Below are positions 61,624 to 64,000 of a stretch of DNA of 64,000 nucleotides, one piece after another. Both the position numbers and the translations under genes were made by a program. Position 1 is the first letter of the stretch; each line of letters opens with the position of its first letter. The stretch lies in the NCBI GenBank assembly GCA_965153285.1, contig OZ229113.1. One strand, 5' to 3'. The notes beneath the pieces are model-generated. The model was given only the letters and a program-made list of their open reading frames with translations, made no database searches and was not told the DNA's origin. Source of the DNA: Podarcis tiliguerta (lineage: Eukaryota).

Positions 61624-61974
61624 TGTTATGTACTGAGTTGAATAGGATCCAAAATGCAGCAGTCTGATTGGTCCTAGAACAATGCAGCAGTATGATTGGT
61701 CTGCAGGAGCCACCCAATCTAGCTCCAGATGGAAGTGAATCCACAACCTGATTGGCCTACAGGAGAAATCCGGAATTAGCCAATCTAGCTCCAGATGGAA
61801 GTGAATCCACAACCTGATTGGCCTACAGGAGAAATCCGGAATTAGCCAATCACGTGCAGCCCATTGTGTAAATAATGTATATAAAGCAGACACTTTGGGG
61901 GAACTTTCATTCCTCCTCCCACTATGAGCTGAATAAAGAACATGAAATCCGCTCTCGACTACGAGTATATTTCA
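61624..61974 (+). mobile_element. Solo LTR with CCAAT/TATA/polyA organisation and a 66-bp internal tandem duplication
   Basis: TGTTATGTACT ... AGTATATTTCA termini; TATATAAA at ~61878; AATAAA at 61932. The TSD is only partial (gctgg / gctac). Confidence 0.7.
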
Positions 61975-62944
61975 GCTACCTTTCCAGGTTGATGAGCCCC
62001 ATCTGCTCCTCATTTTCCTCTACAGCACGTGCAGAAACCACCTTCTTGACCATTGAACCCACTATTGATCTCATCTGCCCAAATCGCTGGATTCTGTCTT
62101 CACATGCTGGGGAAGTTCCTAACTCAATGAGGGTTTGAGACCCATCAGTTACCCTTACTTGATATAGCTGGCAAGTTGAAGCCATTTCCTGTTTGCAAAT
62201 GCACATATAATATGGGTCAAGAAGGCCACTCTTAACTAGTGTATGAGGAGTATTCAACTAAGTTTTGTTCAGAGAAGACTCACTGAAATCAGTGGGACTA
62301 CCTTAGTCATGTTCACTAATTTTGATTTACCGGTACTCTATGCTGAGCAAAACTTAGTTGATACCACCCTCTTTTTGTTTTGCCACTGTGCGCTTTGTGA
62401 AGTTGCCTTTAGGACTGGAAGGAAGGAAGGGTTCTGACTCCCATACGTTTAATTGAAAATTTGCACAATTTATATATCAAGATTACAGATGGACCAGATG
62501 CAACACACGTTTTGCAGGAAATTGTGGGAAACCCAAAATTAGATTGTAATGTGTGATGATACTACACACACAGGTTTCTTGTTGCCTATACACACAGTGA
62601 GGAAAACCACATGTCGTATGAGCACACATTATAAACTACAGGTGGGTTTTCCATTATTTCCTAAGCAGAAATATTTTCCATGTGAGAAGTCCATAATGTG
62701 TGAGGCAGCTGTTTACCTTCCTTTAAGCAAGGAAATAACTGAAATTTACAGCTGGCCCTGACTTGTCTCACAGAGAAATACCTCACACGTCACAACAGAA
62801 TTGGGCGACCTGGTCTCCTCCAAAAGCTGTTGGACTCCAACACCCATCAGCCCCAGGCGACATGGTGAAGGGCCAGTATGGTGAGAGTTGTAGTCCAATA
62901 ACATCAGAAGGTCCACAAACTTCCTATCCCTGCATTAAACATTC

Positions 62945-63038
62945 AGACTGCAATCCTAAAATATGCACTTACTTAGGAGTAAGCCTCACTGAACTCAGTG
63001 AAGCTTATTTCTGCAGGTACATCAATAGGACTGCACTG
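62945..63038. repeat. Old short palindromic interspersed repeat (tgcaatccta...ggagtaagc...taggactgca family)
   Basis: Imperfect hairpin. Similar decayed copies occur at ~4950-5020, ~9850-9942, ~22700-22785, ~38150-38335 and ~59760-59835. Confidence 0.55.
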
Positions 63039-64000
63039 TAATCCTACATGACAGAAGACAGAACGTGTCTTTCTAAGCCATGTTCTTCTTCGTGTTCTCT
63101 TCCTCATTCCTCATAGCTCTCACACAGCCCCTTCAATTGTTCTTCACGTATCATTGTCTTCAGATATTTTCTGCCTGCCTATGCAATACACACAAAGATA
63201 ACAGAGATGAAAACATTTTTGCAAAGCAATTTCTCCAAGTATAATGCATTTTTGTATGTTATTTGCACTAATTTTATGGACACTTTAATACAGTGTGTGC
63301 AATTTTTGGATGCATTACTTGGAGGACTGCACTGCAAAATTCAAAGTACAAAATTTTGAAGGATGGCTGCCTTTCCGTTCTCAGACTGTTTCAGAACATG
63401 TGAATTAGGTAGATTCTCCTTCAAATGTAAACTGAGTAAAATTCTTCCTACTATAGTTCTGGCCATTGGCTGATGGGAAGGCAATATATCTAGAGAACCT
63501 GTGAACAATAGCACACACTTAAGGAGTGAGCATTTCAACTCTCTTTGTAATCCTGATCTCCATCATATTGCCCTCAGTGGGGGAAGAAAAAGACTGAGGA
63601 AGGGGACACAGAGCTGGAGAAGAACAAAATCCATGATGAGGTGTGAGTGCACTCACTTAGGACGATCTTTGCAATCTGTAAGAGAAAGCAGAGTATTAGG
63701 AGGAGAAAATTCCATTCTGCACATGTTTCAAGGTAATTTTTGTTTCCACATTACAGAGTTGGGCCCTAGCAAAGAAACTGATTGCTGCTCTCAACCTGGA
63801 GCACACAGCAGTGCACAACATTGTGGTATATGAATAACTTTGTGGTGGCACTAGCACTGCATTCGTTTCCATGCTGTCCATTCTATCACTAACTGGCTTT
63901 AAATGGAAAAAAAGGATGCTTTTACCTGTGGCAGGTGATAGAATGTGATGATGTTCGTGGCCCTTTCCAATTCTCTCATTCTGTAAAGATGGTGTTGCTT

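Noticed and set aside
30000-64000. Exons of SIM2 or another gene; MORC3 exons at the window start
   Set aside because: I recognised no bHLH-PAS or MORC-like peptide in the ORF track or by eye. Very short or non-coding exons cannot be excluded without alignment.

Overview
Vertebrate genomic DNA, almost certainly from a squamate. Eight Sauria-SINE copies with (ACCTTT)n tails suggest a lacertid lizard, but that finer assignment is inference. Two convergent protein-coding genes are supported. (1) CHAF1B (CAF-1 p60) on +, with a CpG-rich promoter carrying an E2F-type site (~840-1700), a probable non-coding exon 1, and 13 coding exons from 2672 to 15325. I spliced these by hand; all junctions are GT-AG and in phase, giving 1698 nt and 565 aa. 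(2) CLDN14 on -, with a single-exon CDS at 29494->28787 (235 aa). This is the tail-to-tail CHAF1B-CLDN14 arrangement known from the amniote MORC3-CHAF1B-CLDN14-SIM2 block. The remaining ~34 kb (30-64 kb) has no credible coding sequence and is probably CLDN14 5' intron or upstream DNA. It holds SINEs, Tc1/mariner-type (TA TSD) and hAT-type (8-bp TSD) MITEs, two solo LTRs, CR1/L2 remnants and microsatellites. Almost all short ORFs in the supplied track are spurious or repeat-derived. I found no convincing new biological system. The most interesting items are a nested MITE, a solo LTR with an amplified CCAAT promoter, unusual SINE junctions, tandem splice acceptors in CHAF1B and candidate CLDN14 regulatory elements.
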